A DNA stretch of 54,393 nucleotides from a virus (IMGVR_UViG_3300028840_006732), one strand, 5' to 3'. Positions 9,415 to 19,249 are shown, numbered from the stretch's first letter. A program made the numbers and translations. Notes: generated by a model not told the origin, from the letters alone.

Positions 9415-10221
9415 ATGTCCTTACGACTGTCCGGTTTCGACGGGGTCATGGTCAACACGAGTGGAGGGAAGGACTCGCAAACCTCCCTCCGCTTCGTCGT
9501 TGAGCAGGCCCGTGGCGAGGGCTATCCTCTCGACAGAATCACCGTGGCCCATGCCGATCTCGGCTTTGCCGAGTGGCCTGGAGCCAAGGAACTAGCCCAG
9601 GAGCAAGCGGAGCTTCACAGCGTCCGTTTCTGCTGGGAACAGTATCGCAACAAGCATGGACAGCACCCGACGCTGTTGGACTACGTCCGTGCCCGGAAGA
9701 AGTGGCCCAGCTCCACGACTCGCTACTGCACGAGTGAGTTCAAGCGAAGCCCTTGTGGTCGCATCCTCACGAAGATCCACCGGGAGATCGGCGGGAAGAC
9801 GAAGATCCTCAACATCTTCGGGTTCCGCGCCGAGGAGTCACCGGCCCGAGCCAAGCGGAAGCAGCTCGCCCAGAACAAGCGGTTCTCTACCAAGAGCCGA
9901 GAGGTCTGGGACTGGCTGCCGATCCACGAGTGGCCCGAGCAGGAGGTGTGGGACGACATCCACGGCAGTGGTGTTCCCCATCATCCGGCCTACGACCTCG
10001 GCATGCCCCGGCTGTCCTGTCGGTTCTGCGTGTTCGCCCCCAAGGCGGCACTGCTGATCGCCGGCAAGGCCCACCCGGAGCTGCTGCAAATCTACGTGGA
10101 CCTGGAGAAGGAGATCGGTCACGATTTCCAGAACAAGAAGCCCATTAGGGCGATCAAAGAGGCCCTCGATGCCGGCGAGGAGGTCGACACCTCCGACCTG
10201 GACGGGGCCTGGAACATGTGA
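9415..10221 (+). CDS. PAPS-reductase-family (PP-loop) protein
   Basis: SGGKDS PP-loop, RYCTSEFK, GFRAEESPAR, PIHEW, HPAY..G..RLSCRFC. SD AGGAGG before ATG 9415. Confidence 0.85.
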   Translation: MSLRLSGFDGVMVNTSGGKDSQTSLRFVVEQARGEGYPLDRITVAHADLGFAEWPGAKELAQEQAELHSVRFCWEQYRNKHGQHPTLLDYVRARKKWPSSTTRYCTSEFKRSPCGRILTKIHREIGGKTKILNIFGFRAEESPARAKRKQLAQNKRFSTKSREVWDWLPIHEWPEQEVWDDIHGSGVPHHPAYDLGMPRLSCRFCVFAPKAALLIAGKAHPELLQIYVDLEKEIGHDFQNKKPIRAIKEALDAGEEVDTSDLDGAWNM

Positions 10222-10229
10222 GGATTGAG

Positions 10230-10913
10230 ATGGGAGAGCTTATTAAAGGCGTCTGGCGGCCAACGAGGGCCGATCATCCTTTGTACCGGAAGCCCAACAA
10301 CTGGGCGCAGGAAGTGCCCGACAACTGGTGGCACGCGCTGACCTACATCCGAACGTACGGGATCAGCACGAAGTTCGAGACCTATCAGGCCGATTGGGAG
10401 CCGGAGCCCGGTCCCCCGGAGGCGGTGTTGCCTAAGGAGGATCACATGTCGATCGCTGCCAGGGTGTATGCGTTTGCCATGTGGGCTTCGCAGGAAGGTT
10501 CCGCTTTCAAGTGGCAAAATCCGAAGACGGAGCAGGTCCAGTGGTTTCCGTTTTCCGGGGGCATCAGCATCGTAGATGTCCGCCGGCGTTGGGAGGACTA
10601 CGGCACCACGTATGCTCCTCGGGTGAGCGAGTTGCACAAGGCTGGGATGTTCAAAGTGGTCGACGAGGTCGAGGACCCGATCACCGGTAACACGACCGAG
10701 ATCCTGTCTCCCACTCAGAGACTTGTTCCTCTTCCGAAGGCTCCGTCGTTCAAGCGGTATGCCAGGAAGGCCTTGCTGCGCTGCCGCAAGCTAGTCGATG
10801 AGTTGGACCCGGACGACGAGTGGACCCAGCAGATGCGGGAGGTACTCTATCAGCCGGCATTGGAGTATCTTCTCGACAGCAAGATTGGGGGTGTGCCCCT
10901 TTCGCAGCTCTAG
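10230..10913 (+). CDS. hypothetical protein
   Basis: ORF 10218/10230-10913, coupled to the previous gene. Confidence 0.6.
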   Translation: MGELIKGVWRPTRADHPLYRKPNNWAQEVPDNWWHALTYIRTYGISTKFETYQADWEPEPGPPEAVLPKEDHMSIAARVYAFAMWASQEGSAFKWQNPKTEQVQWFPFSGGISIVDVRRRWEDYGTTYAPRVSELHKAGMFKVVDEVEDPITGNTTEILSPTQRLVPLPKAPSFKRYARKALLRCRKLVDELDPDDEWTQQMREVLYQPALEYLLDSKIGGVPLSQL

Positions 10914-10921
10914 GAGCATCC

Positions 10922-11158
10922 ATGAAGTTCGAGGTACAGAGCAAATGCGGCCGTGGCTGGACACAGCACGGCGACGTCGAGGCCGAGGACTCCATTGAGG
11001 CGGCCCGGAAGATCTTGCGAACGCATGGTCGTCGCATCCTCCGGGTTCGTCCTGCCTACTCTTTGGCCAAGTTTTTCGTCTACCGTTTTCCCAAGGCAGC
11101 GAAACCCCATGATATGTGTAAGGAGAACAAACGTGAGTATCCTTTTCAGCGTCAATAA
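10922..11158 (+). CDS. small hypothetical protein
   Basis: ATG 10922 with AGGAG SD; 78 aa. Confidence 0.55.
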   Translation: MKFEVQSKCGRGWTQHGDVEAEDSIEAARKILRTHGRRILRVRPAYSLAKFFVYRFPKAAKPHDMCKENKREYPFQRQ

Positions 11159-11639
11159 CCACCAGTGTGAGGACTCGGGTCCTCCGCCCGAACTGCCGGC
11201 CGATTTCGATTCGCCGAGATACTGGAAGAGCTACTTCGAGAACAAGTACGGAGAGCAGTGGCTCTGCTACTACGATCGCGACGAGAAGCAGCTCGTTGTC
11301 CGGGGCGGCGATTGCGGGTGGGAAAAGGTCTTGGAACCGTTCCGGATCTCCGTGGACACGCTTTGCAATTCGACTGCGGACGGGCTGGAACAGCAGTTCT
11401 TGTTGGCCGGGAAAGCCTTGGTTCCCCAGCTTATCGCGGGAGAACCTAAGGGGCTCATTACCGTCTGGATCGACAAGGAGCGCGGTACCGGGATCACGCT
11501 GAACTCCGGTGAGAACATCTGGCTCGATGCCTGCCTCGACGCCTGCGGATTCGACGTTCCGATGAAGAACGCAAAGGAGTTTGAGGAATACCTGGACAAG
11601 TGCCGGGCAATCGTCGGAGAAGAAGACGACGAGGACTAA
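11133..11639 (+). CDS. hypothetical protein (YFENxYGEQW motif)
   Basis: GTG 11133 behind AGGAG; 168 aa. Confidence 0.6.
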   Translation: MSILFSVNNHQCEDSGPPPELPADFDSPRYWKSYFENKYGEQWLCYYDRDEKQLVVRGGDCGWEKVLEPFRISVDTLCNSTADGLEQQFLLAGKALVPQLIAGEPKGLITVWIDKERGTGITLNSGENIWLDACLDACGFDVPMKNAKEFEEYLDKCRAIVGEEDDED

Positions 11640-11649
11640 GGAGCAGTCA

Positions 11650-12684
11650 ATGCAACAACCTATCGTCGTGGCTCACGGTGTCGGCCGAGACTCCACGGCG
11701 ATGCTGATTCGGATGTGGAAGCTCGGGCAACGGCCGGATGCCATCTTATTCGCGAACGTCGGCTCCGAGAAGCGGCAGACCTACGAGTTCATTCCCGTCT
11801 TCCGGGAGTGGCTCAAGAGCGTCGACTTTCCCCCGCTGACGATCGTGCAGTACGCGCCCAAGCTGGCGCCGTACTTCAGCCTCGAAGGCAACATGGTGCT
11901 CAACGCCACGTTACCCGGGGCGACCTTCAACCGCGGCTCCTGCACCCTGAAGTTCAAGGTGGAGCCGCAGAACAAGTGGACCAGGCACTGGGTTCCTGCT
12001 CAGCGTGCCTGGGAAGCGGGCCTCAAGGTCCGCAAGCTGATCGGTTTCGATTGCGACGAGGAATACCGGCAGTCCCGGGCGGCCGACAAGGCCCATAAGG
12101 GAGCCGGCTCCAAGGACGCCGAGCGATACGAATACGACCATCCGCTCATCGAGTGGGGCATGGGCCTGGAAGACTGCAAGGAGGAGATCGCCTCCGTAGG
12201 TCTGCCTGTGCCTTGCAAATCGGCCTGCTATTTCTGCCCCAACCAGAAGGAGCACGAGGTCGACGAACTGGACCCGGAAGACCGGTCCAGGATCATTCTG
12301 ATCGAGCTGGTCGCTGAGCCTTACAACCAGAAGGTTCACGGTTTGTGGCGGAGGCCGCGAAAGCGGGACAACCGCCCCGGGTCGATCACTCAATACATCT
12401 TGGAGCGCGAGCTTCCCTTCGTGCCTCTGCACGAGATCTGCTCCAAGGTGGTGCTCAACGAGCACTGCAAGAAGGTCAAGGTGGACGGCGAGTACACCTT
12501 CGATCCTCCGCATCAACCCGACACGCTTCGCAAGCTGCTGGAGTATCATGGCCACCGGCCCCCGGAGGTCGTGCTCCCCGGCAGCAACGGCGTGGACGTG
12601 CCTGGGATCTATCTCGAAGATGCTCGTAAGGCCCCTCAAGACGACGAGGATGAGCTGCACGAATACTTCGAGGGTGCACTGTAA
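11650..12684 (+). CDS. second adenine-nucleotide alpha-hydrolase / PAPS-reductase-like protein
   Basis: AHGVGRDSTAML (PP-loop variant), CTLKFK, GFDCDE, KSACYFCP. Confidence 0.75.
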   Translation: MQQPIVVAHGVGRDSTAMLIRMWKLGQRPDAILFANVGSEKRQTYEFIPVFREWLKSVDFPPLTIVQYAPKLAPYFSLEGNMVLNATLPGATFNRGSCTLKFKVEPQNKWTRHWVPAQRAWEAGLKVRKLIGFDCDEEYRQSRAADKAHKGAGSKDAERYEYDHPLIEWGMGLEDCKEEIASVGLPVPCKSACYFCPNQKEHEVDELDPEDRSRIILIELVAEPYNQKVHGLWRRPRKRDNRPGSITQYILERELPFVPLHEICSKVVLNEHCKKVKVDGEYTFDPPHQPDTLRKLLEYHGHRPPEVVLPGSNGVDVPGIYLEDARKAPQDDEDELHEYFEGAL

Positions 12685-12717
12685 GGTTCATGCAACGGAC
12701 ACAAAGGAGCGCTAGAA

Positions 12718-13002
12718 ATGCGCATAAACAGAGCCCGCGATCTTGCGGCAGCGGAGGTGGGCAGCCTCAATTTTGCCCATCGGGAACAGGTAGGACATGG
12801 TGTGACACACGAAGATGCCGCGATCGCGCTTGCGATGTATCGTTGCATCCGAGCCGCGCAGGAGCGGAACAAGCATCCCTTTGGCCCGTCTTTCTATCTC
12901 CTGGAGCTGCTCAAGAAAGCACCCAAGGATGCCGCCGAGGAGAGGACAGCTCTTGTGGCTGCCGACAAGAAGCGACTGAAAGGAGCCCAACTGTCACCAT
13001 GA
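12718..13002 (+). CDS. small hypothetical protein
   Basis: 94 aa, AAGGAG SD upstream. Confidence 0.55.
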   Translation: MRINRARDLAAAEVGSLNFAHREQVGHGVTHEDAAIALAMYRCIRAAQERNKHPFGPSFYLLELLKKAPKDAAEERTALVAADKKRLKGAQLSP

Positions 13003-13574
13003 TTCCTCCTTGGGAACTTCCCCAGTCCAGCCATTACGAGCTGGAGATCGAAGTCTTTGCCGTCACGGGTGGGGACTTCGTGTCCTGCCACAAGCGCTCT
13101 TACCCCCTCACCTTCAACCACAACGTCATCATGACGGGCCCCGGCATGCGCCCCGGCCTGTCCTGGTCGAGCGGCCAGACGGAGAAGGACCTAGACATCT
13201 TCCTCGGCGACAACGCCTTTGGCGAGTGCGTCTTCCAGGCCATCAACGAGTCCTCGACGTACAAGGACGTGCGTTTCTACAACGTCGGGGACTGCAAGGC
13301 CGTGAATCCGCTAGTGATCGTCTGGGAGGTCAAGAGGTACCATCGTGGCGAGGTCCGCGACCTCGGCAGCGTGATGCGGATGGACACCTACATCGGTCGT
13401 ACCGTCTACCGGGCTAAGGGCAGTTGGTTTGCCCTTGCGTCCGCCCCGACGATGCAGCCCAAGTTGTTCGGGCCATACGAGCATGCCGCGGATGCCGAGC
13501 AAGGCCTCCAGGAGTGGCTCGACAGAGCCTTTCCAAACCCGAAGCACATGCTTCCAAAGCGTGGTCCGCTCTGA
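12999..13574 (+). CDS. hypothetical protein
   Basis: ATG 12999 in ATGA overlap, AGGAG SD; 191 aa. Confidence 0.6.
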   Translation: MIPPWELPQSSHYELEIEVFAVTGGDFVSCHKRSYPLTFNHNVIMTGPGMRPGLSWSSGQTEKDLDIFLGDNAFGECVFQAINESSTYKDVRFYNVGDCKAVNPLVIVWEVKRYHRGEVRDLGSVMRMDTYIGRTVYRAKGSWFALASAPTMQPKLFGPYEHAADAEQGLQEWLDRAFPNPKHMLPKRGPL

Positions 13575-13576
13575 AC

Positions 13577-13594
13577 CTCAAAAGCGGTTTTGAG
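13577..13594. repeat. 18-bp palindrome CTCAAAAGCGGTTTTGAG, copy 2 (abuts the ATG at 13595)
   Basis: Read directly; exact reverse complement of copy 1. Confidence 0.95.
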
Positions 13595-14584
13595 ATGCCC
13601 AAGTTTCGTTACGAGCACAAGAGGATCGGCCCAGATCGGATGGAGATCATCGACCTGGCCAACGAGATCCTGGAAGAGTATGCCGCTCAGGGTTACGAGT
13701 TGACCTTGAGGCAGGTGTACTACCAATTCATCGCCCGCGACTGGTTCCCCCAGTCCTGGTTCGACGAGGACGCCAACACCAAGAATACGGAGAAGAACTA
13801 CAATCGGCTGGGCGCCACCCTCGTGACGGGTCGCCTGGCCGGCTTGATCGACTGGAAGCACCTGGTCGATCGCACCCGTAATCTTCAGAGCCTCACCCAC
13901 TGGGACGGCCCGGCCGACATCATCGAGACGGCCTCCAGGTGGTTCAATCTCGATCTGTGGGCTCGCCAGGACGTGCGGGTCCAGGTGTGGATCGAGAAAG
14001 ACGCCCTCCTGGGCGTCATCGAGGATGTCTGCACCAAAAACGACGTTCCGTACTTCTCCTGCCGCGGCTACACCTCCATGTCGGAGATGTGGGCCGCTGC
14101 CCAGCGGATCGTCAGCCACGTCAAGGACGGGAACGGGCAGGGAACGGTCATCCTCCACCTCGGCGATCACGACCCCTCCGGGGTCAACATGACCGAGGAC
14201 ATCGGCAAGCGGCTGAAGAAGCTGGTGGAGCCCCATGTGGGTGGCGCCAGGGTCTTCGTCGTCCACCGGATCGCGCTCACCTACGAGCAGGTCCAGCAGT
14301 ATAATCCGCCACCCCAGCCTGCCAAGAAGTCGGACAGCCGCTTCAAGCAGTACCAGGCGCAGACCGGTCTCGACGAGAGCTGGGAACTGGACGCCTTGGA
14401 GCCGGACGTACTCAATACTCTGATCCAGGACAACATCGACCACTTCCGCGACGAGAAGAAGTGGAAGAAGGGTCTGGAGGAAGAGAGGCATTATCGCGAT
14501 CAGCTTCTCCGGGCCTCCCTACACTGGGACAAGCTCAGCAAGAAGCTGAAGGTCAAAAAACCCGACGAGGAAGACGATGACTAG
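13595..14584 (+). CDS. Topoisomerase VI subunit A / Spo11-like protein (winged-helix Tyr + TOPRIM)
   Basis: TLRQVYY (Top6A T.R.lYY catalytic-Tyr motif), WIEKDA (TOPRIM Glu), LHLGDHDPSG (DxD). Confidence 0.75.
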   Translation: MPKFRYEHKRIGPDRMEIIDLANEILEEYAAQGYELTLRQVYYQFIARDWFPQSWFDEDANTKNTEKNYNRLGATLVTGRLAGLIDWKHLVDRTRNLQSLTHWDGPADIIETASRWFNLDLWARQDVRVQVWIEKDALLGVIEDVCTKNDVPYFSCRGYTSMSEMWAAAQRIVSHVKDGNGQGTVILHLGDHDPSGVNMTEDIGKRLKKLVEPHVGGARVFVVHRIALTYEQVQQYNPPPQPAKKSDSRFKQYQAQTGLDESWELDALEPDVLNTLIQDNIDHFRDEKKWKKGLEEERHYRDQLLRASLHWDKLSKKLKVKKPDEEDDD

Positions 14585-15479
14585 GAAACGAGGCTTAGAC
14601 CCGTTGAACTGGTGGAAGGGTCAGCATCCCGAGTACCGGGCCATCCCGGACACCGGCTCCACGATCTCGATCAACTTCCCGCTAAGGGACGGCCAGAGCC
14701 AGGCCACCATCCATGCCGGCGACTGGATTATCTTTCGTACGCTCCTCGACAACGGCCCCGGCAGAGACAAGACCGAGATCACCTGCCCGCCGGCCCGGGC
14801 TCTCTGCCTGGTGGCCACGGATGGCACGGGAGAGCGTTTCAAGGCTCTCCATTTTGTCGTGGCGGCTATCGGCATGGGCAGAGATCTTGTGTTTCTCCGC
14901 TTCGTGGACCCCAAGGACATCGCGGCTGTCGTGCCCCAGGATGACGAGCTGGTGAGGTGGTTCTCCGGGGCCCCCTTCGGGGCCGAGGTGCCGACGATCC
15001 TCCAGATGTTGTCGGATTACTCCCTCAATAGCCGGCAGATCAGCAAGCGGCTGGACCGGACCAGGGAGGGTTTGTCTCTCCGTCGACTCCGCTGGCCCCG
15101 GGACAACCGCTCTCACCCGTCGAGGTTCTTGAGGGATGAGGACCGGCCTCGGGCCATCAACCAGGTCGAGATGGAGTTCGAGGAGATGCTCTGGGAGCGG
15201 GACTACCGTCCCCGGCCTCCGGTACGGACCCGCTCGGACTGCGTCAAGTTCACCACGAGCTGCAACATCTGCCAGAAGCGCATCGAGACCGGGCAGCGGT
15301 TCCATACCGTGGCCAACCATGACTACCACGAAAGCTGCTTCCAAGCGATATTCCCCTCGACGCACGCCGCCACCATGGTAGACTTATTCCTGGATACCGT
15401 ACCGGTGCTCAGGAAGGAGATCTCGTGGGTCGAGGCCCACGCCAGTCGTATTGGAGGTGTCATTCGATGTGTCCAGTAG
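14577..15479 (+). CDS. hypothetical protein
   Basis: 300 aa ORF overlapping both neighbours by a few nt; Cys/His cluster near the C-terminus (CNIC...H..C). Confidence 0.6.
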   Translation: MTRKRGLDPLNWWKGQHPEYRAIPDTGSTISINFPLRDGQSQATIHAGDWIIFRTLLDNGPGRDKTEITCPPARALCLVATDGTGERFKALHFVVAAIGMGRDLVFLRFVDPKDIAAVVPQDDELVRWFSGAPFGAEVPTILQMLSDYSLNSRQISKRLDRTREGLSLRRLRWPRDNRSHPSRFLRDEDRPRAINQVEMEFEEMLWERDYRPRPPVRTRSDCVKFTTSCNICQKRIETGQRFHTVANHDYHESCFQAIFPSTHAATMVDLFLDTVPVLRKEISWVEAHASRIGGVIRCVQ

Positions 15480-15700
15480 GTTTCATCGGGATGCCCGGAC
15501 CCGTGGAGCTGATCATCATCGGGTTCATTGCCGTGTTGCTGTTTGGCAACCGGCTCCCCGGGGTGGCTCGCTCTGTCGGCTCCTCGTTCGTGCAGTTCAA
15601 GAAGGGCCTCAAGGAGGTCGAGGACGCCACGGACGAGATCACCGAGCCCATCAAGGAGACCGCTGAGCAGGCCGAAAGGCTTGCACGGAAGAAATTGTAA
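15467..15700 (+). CDS. tatA: twin-arginine translocase TatA subunit
   Basis: GPVELIIIGFIAVLLFG (TM helix plus FG hinge), NRLPGVARSVGSSFVQFKKG (amphipathic helix with conserved F-K), charged tail; GGAGG SD. Confidence 0.88.
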   Translation: MCPVGFIGMPGPVELIIIGFIAVLLFGNRLPGVARSVGSSFVQFKKGLKEVEDATDEITEPIKETAEQAERLARKKL

Positions 15701-15709
15701 GGAAGAACC

Positions 15710-16273
15710 GTGGATCAACCTCTCGTTCCCCGCGACCCGTCGTTGCCCCAAAGTCCGCCTTCGCTTCAAGCCAGAATGAGTGAGAACGACCCCCGGCTGT
15801 ACAATGTCAACCGGGACGTGGCTCACAACTTCGAGCAGGTGGCGAAGCTCGTCTTCAATCGCCTCCAGAACCGGCTCTGGCCGGAACTGGAAGAGGTTAT
15901 CAGCTCGGCCGAGCTGACGGACGAGGAGATGGGGCAGGCCGTGGAGGCCTTCGCTCTCTTCCTGGCCAGCGCCAAGGACGAGATGCGAACCGACATGGCC
16001 GAGGCCCTGGAGAAGGCGGGGTGGTTCCGTTGCAAGCCTGCTGCCCAAGTTGCCATCATGGCGACCCTGGGCACGGTGACGCTCGGTTTCCATTTCGCGG
16101 GGATTCGAGAGGCGACCCTGGCTGGCAGTGGCCCGGCATTGACGCTGACGGGCCTAGCTCAACAGGGAAAACAGTGCGCCGCGTTCTTGGCTAAGCCACG
16201 TTGGAGACGGCGGCTATCATGTTGGCGGCGGCGCATCCGGAGCGCGCTGCGATCTCTCTTAGGCCATGATTGA
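15710..16273 (+). CDS. hypothetical protein with Arg-rich C-terminus
   Basis: 187 aa ORF; start could be GTG 15710 or ATG 15776. Confidence 0.6.
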   Translation: MDQPLVPRDPSLPQSPPSLQARMSENDPRLYNVNRDVAHNFEQVAKLVFNRLQNRLWPELEEVISSAELTDEEMGQAVEAFALFLASAKDEMRTDMAEALEKAGWFRCKPAAQVAIMATLGTVTLGFHFAGIREATLAGSGPALTLTGLAQQGKQCAAFLAKPRWRRRLSCWRRRIRSALRSLLGHD

Positions 16274-17207
16274 AGCAACTCGTATGGTCATCAACCACTG
16301 GTCCGCCGACTTCACAAGACGATTCGGTCACATCTTCCCGGAAAGCTATCTCGCCTTCGACTGCGAGTACACCGGGAGAAACGCCGAGAAAGACCTCATC
16401 CTGGAGATCGGCCACGTCCTGGTCGAGAACCGGATGATGGTCGATCGCTTGGGGCTCGTGCTGGATTGGACCAACCATCCCATTGTCCCGGACCACTGGT
16501 TGCGTGCAGCCCTCCGCCGTTCCGAGAAGCGGGCCGCTGCGGCCGGCTATCACCACCGCATCACCTACGAGGTGATGAAGGAGGAGGGCGTGCGTCCACC
16601 GGAGAAGGTCCTCCAGTTCTATCTGGACCTTTTCCACCGTATCAAACATGGTGTGGGCTTCTTCGCCGCCCATAACGGCTACAACGCCGACGTGCCCATG
16701 CTGAGAGGAGCGTTCGAGGGTTTCCTGAACAAGGACTTCGACTTCGGCTCCAACAACCTCTTCGACACCGGCGGCCTGGAGAAGGCCAGCCAGTGCCTCA
16801 TCAGCGAGGACCGCCAGATCCGTGAACGTCACGACACCTGGCTGCCCCGCACCGGCGACACGCTGGCGACCTACTTCCGTCGTGTGACGAACTCGCCGGC
16901 GAAAGGTATCTTTTGGCGGCTCGATCTGTGCGTGGAGAAATACGGGCTCGTCGAGAAGTACGATCTCGACATGAGCCAGCACCATACGGCCGACTTCGAC
17001 GCCTACGTGGTGTACCTCCTGATGGAGGAGCTTCGGAAGCTCATTAGGCACGACAACTCGGGAGAGGACCCCACGGCAAGCCCCGAGGCCCTGGGACGGA
17101 TGGTCGAGCAGGAGCTGGCCAAATCACGACATCGCCAGGCCAAGGAGGAGCGGCGGAACGCCGGTGTCCTTGCGAGGCGAAGGAAACGAGGACAACGGGT
17201 ACTCTGA
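16266..17207 (+). CDS. DEDDh 3'-5' exonuclease (DnaQ-like)
   Basis: ExoI AFDCEYTG, ExoII AHNGYNADVPML, ExoIII HHTADFD. Confidence 0.85.
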   Translation: MIEATRMVINHWSADFTRRFGHIFPESYLAFDCEYTGRNAEKDLILEIGHVLVENRMMVDRLGLVLDWTNHPIVPDHWLRAALRRSEKRAAAAGYHHRITYEVMKEEGVRPPEKVLQFYLDLFHRIKHGVGFFAAHNGYNADVPMLRGAFEGFLNKDFDFGSNNLFDTGGLEKASQCLISEDRQIRERHDTWLPRTGDTLATYFRRVTNSPAKGIFWRLDLCVEKYGLVEKYDLDMSQHHTADFDAYVVYLLMEELRKLIRHDNSGEDPTASPEALGRMVEQELAKSRHRQAKEERRNAGVLARRRKRGQRVL

Positions 17208-17875
17208 TGGCTAAGAAAAAGCGGCAGACCAAGGCCAAGGCGGAGAAGGAAGCTCCAGAGCAGAAGCCGATCACCATCTCCGAGGCCGACATCGCCGACG
17301 CTTTCACCAGGACCCAGTGGTTCCTGGATACGCTGGAGGAGATCCGCCACTGGCGCGAGCCGCTCTACGTCGGCATCGACCCGGGGATGGACGGCGCCAT
17401 CGCCTTTCTGCACCCCAAGGACAACAACGAGTCGACCGTGGTGGACATCCCCACGGTCACGGTGGAGACGAGCAAGAAGACTCCCAAGGGCAACAAGGCC
17501 AAGCGGACCAAGTTCGACATCGGCGGTTGCAAGCGGATCTTCGACATGCTCTGCTCGGCCTGGTCGCCCTCCCAGATCGTCGTGGCCCTGGAGCAGGGCC
17601 AGGCGAGGGCCAGCGACAGCGGACTCACCGGCTTCTCCGTGGGCAAGGGCTACTTCATGTGGCCCTTGTTCCTGTTGGAGAAGGGGATCGAGTGCGAGGA
17701 ACTGCTTCCGGCGGTTTGGAAGCGGAAAATGAATCTACTGAAGAAGGACAAGGAGTGGTCGAGACTAACCGCTCAACGACTGTTCCCGCGGGCACCCTTG
17801 TTCCGCGTGGGGGACCACAACCGGGCCGAGGCGATGTTGATCGCCGAAGCCCTCAAGAGAACCAGGAGCCAATGA
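17207..17875 (+). CDS. ruvC: phage-type RuvC-like Holliday junction resolvase
   Basis: VGIDPG..GAIA, VALEQ, WKRKM.L, DHNRAEAMLIA. Confidence 0.8.
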   Translation: MAKKKRQTKAKAEKEAPEQKPITISEADIADAFTRTQWFLDTLEEIRHWREPLYVGIDPGMDGAIAFLHPKDNNESTVVDIPTVTVETSKKTPKGNKAKRTKFDIGGCKRIFDMLCSAWSPSQIVVALEQGQARASDSGLTGFSVGKGYFMWPLFLLEKGIECEELLPAVWKRKMNLLKKDKEWSRLTAQRLFPRAPLFRVGDHNRAEAMLIAEALKRTRSQ

Positions 17876-18537
17876 ATATGCTCGCCAGTGCCAATGTGCA
17901 GAGACGGATCTTTCGCACGGTACGCCAGAAAGTCCAGCGCTACGCGGCCGGGGAGGAGCGCCGCTGCCTGTACTGGGCCTACTTCGGACTGATCGAGCTA
18001 ATCAAGCAGGGTTTCCAGGCCTGCCTCCAGGCGGGCAGCGTCTCCTGGCTCCGCGTCACCAGGGAGGAATACGACGCTGGCTGCCAGACATCGCATTTCT
18101 CCATGGTATGGAGCCCCGAGGGGGCGCTCAGCAAGGCCGCCGAGGCTATGGGAGCTTTGCCGGAGATGCACGTCTGGTTGGGACTGCTGGGCACGCGGAA
18201 GCGCGGCCCCGTGGAGCCGGCCGACACCGAGCTGGTCGACTTCTCGACCGGCCATCTCAAACAGATGTGTCAGGAGACGGGGATGCCGTGGACGGCGCCA
18301 GATCCTCCTCGGTTCCTCTGGACACGATTCGAGAACATGCCAGAGCTGGTTTCGTACGAGCCGATTCGCGAAGCGACGATGTATGCGGATCGGACGATCA
18401 AGCAGCTCGTTGACGAAGGAAAGGTTCCGGATGCCAAGACGCTCGCCGGAGGCGGCAACATGCCGTATCTTCAAGGGAGACTGCCTGGGGGTAATTCCCA
18501 AAAGGGTTCCCGACGACGTCGCCGCCGTGGTCGTTGA
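17872..18537 (+). CDS. hypothetical protein
   Basis: ATG in ATGA overlap with ruvC behind AGGAG; tail overlaps the methyltransferase by 107 nt. Confidence 0.6.
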   Translation: MNMLASANVQRRIFRTVRQKVQRYAAGEERRCLYWAYFGLIELIKQGFQACLQAGSVSWLRVTREEYDAGCQTSHFSMVWSPEGALSKAAEAMGALPEMHVWLGLLGTRKRGPVEPADTELVDFSTGHLKQMCQETGMPWTAPDPPRFLWTRFENMPELVSYEPIREATMYADRTIKQLVDEGKVPDAKTLAGGGNMPYLQGRLPGGNSQKGSRRRRRRGR

Positions 18538-19249
18538 CCCCCCGTACAACATGGGGAAGGACTACGAGGCTTACCACGACAAGAAGAAGGTCCATGAGTA
18601 CCTGGCCTGGTTCGAGAACCGGGTCAAGCTCGCCCAGGAGACGTTGAGGGCGGGCGGTGCCCTGTGGGTCTTCATCAACGACGGCCTCGTCTCCGAGGTC
18701 GACACGATGATCAAGGGACTGTGGGGCTTCCACAAGCGGTCCCACGTGATCTGGTACTACACGTTCGGCCAGAATCACGCAAAGAACTTCACGCCGTCCC
18801 ACACGCACGTCCTCTACTACGTCGACACGGAGGAGCCGTTCGTTTGGAACCCGGCGCCGATCCGTCACCCCTCGGCCCGTCAGGTGAAGTACAAGGACAA
18901 GCGGGCCAACCCCAAAGGACGGCTGCCCGACAACACCTGGGCCATCTTTCCCGAGCTGATGCCAGAGGGCTTCGACCCGGCCGGCGATACCTGGTTGGCG
19001 AGCCGGGTCTGCGGTACGTTCAACGAGCGCGAGAAGCACTCGCCCAATCAGATCCCGGTTCCCATCATGGAGCGGATCATCCTGGCCACCACCAATCCCG
19101 GAGACTTGGTGCTCGATCCCATGTGCGGTACGGGTTCGACGGGTGTGGCCTGCAAGAAACACGGTCGACGCTTTATCGGCATTGACATCAGCAAGAGCTG
19201 CGTCGACAAGTCTCGGAGGAGAATCAGTGCCACCAAGCCCGAAGTTTAG
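18431..19249 (+). CDS. beta-class N6-adenine/N4-cytosine DNA methyltransferase (orphan)
   Basis: GDCL, motif IV DPPY near the N-terminus, motif I DPMCGTGSTG near the C-terminus; no restriction nuclease adjacent. Confidence 0.9.
   Translation: MPRRSPEAATCRIFKGDCLGVIPKRVPDDVAAVVVDPPYNMGKDYEAYHDKKKVHEYLAWFENRVKLAQETLRAGGALWVFINDGLVSEVDTMIKGLWGFHKRSHVIWYYTFGQNHAKNFTPSHTHVLYYVDTEEPFVWNPAPIRHPSARQVKYKDKRANPKGRLPDNTWAIFPELMPEGFDPAGDTWLASRVCGTFNEREKHSPNQIPVPIMERIILATTNPGDLVLDPMCGTGSTGVACKKHGRRFIGIDISKSCVDKSRRRISATKPEV

Noticed and set aside
9415-12684. Dnd/Ssp phosphorothioation cluster
   Set aside because: Only PP-loop proteins are visible; no DndB/D/E-like ATPase or cysteine desulfurase is in the window.
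18431-19249. Restriction-modification system
   Set aside because: No recognisable endonuclease neighbour; orphan methyltransferases are routine in phages.
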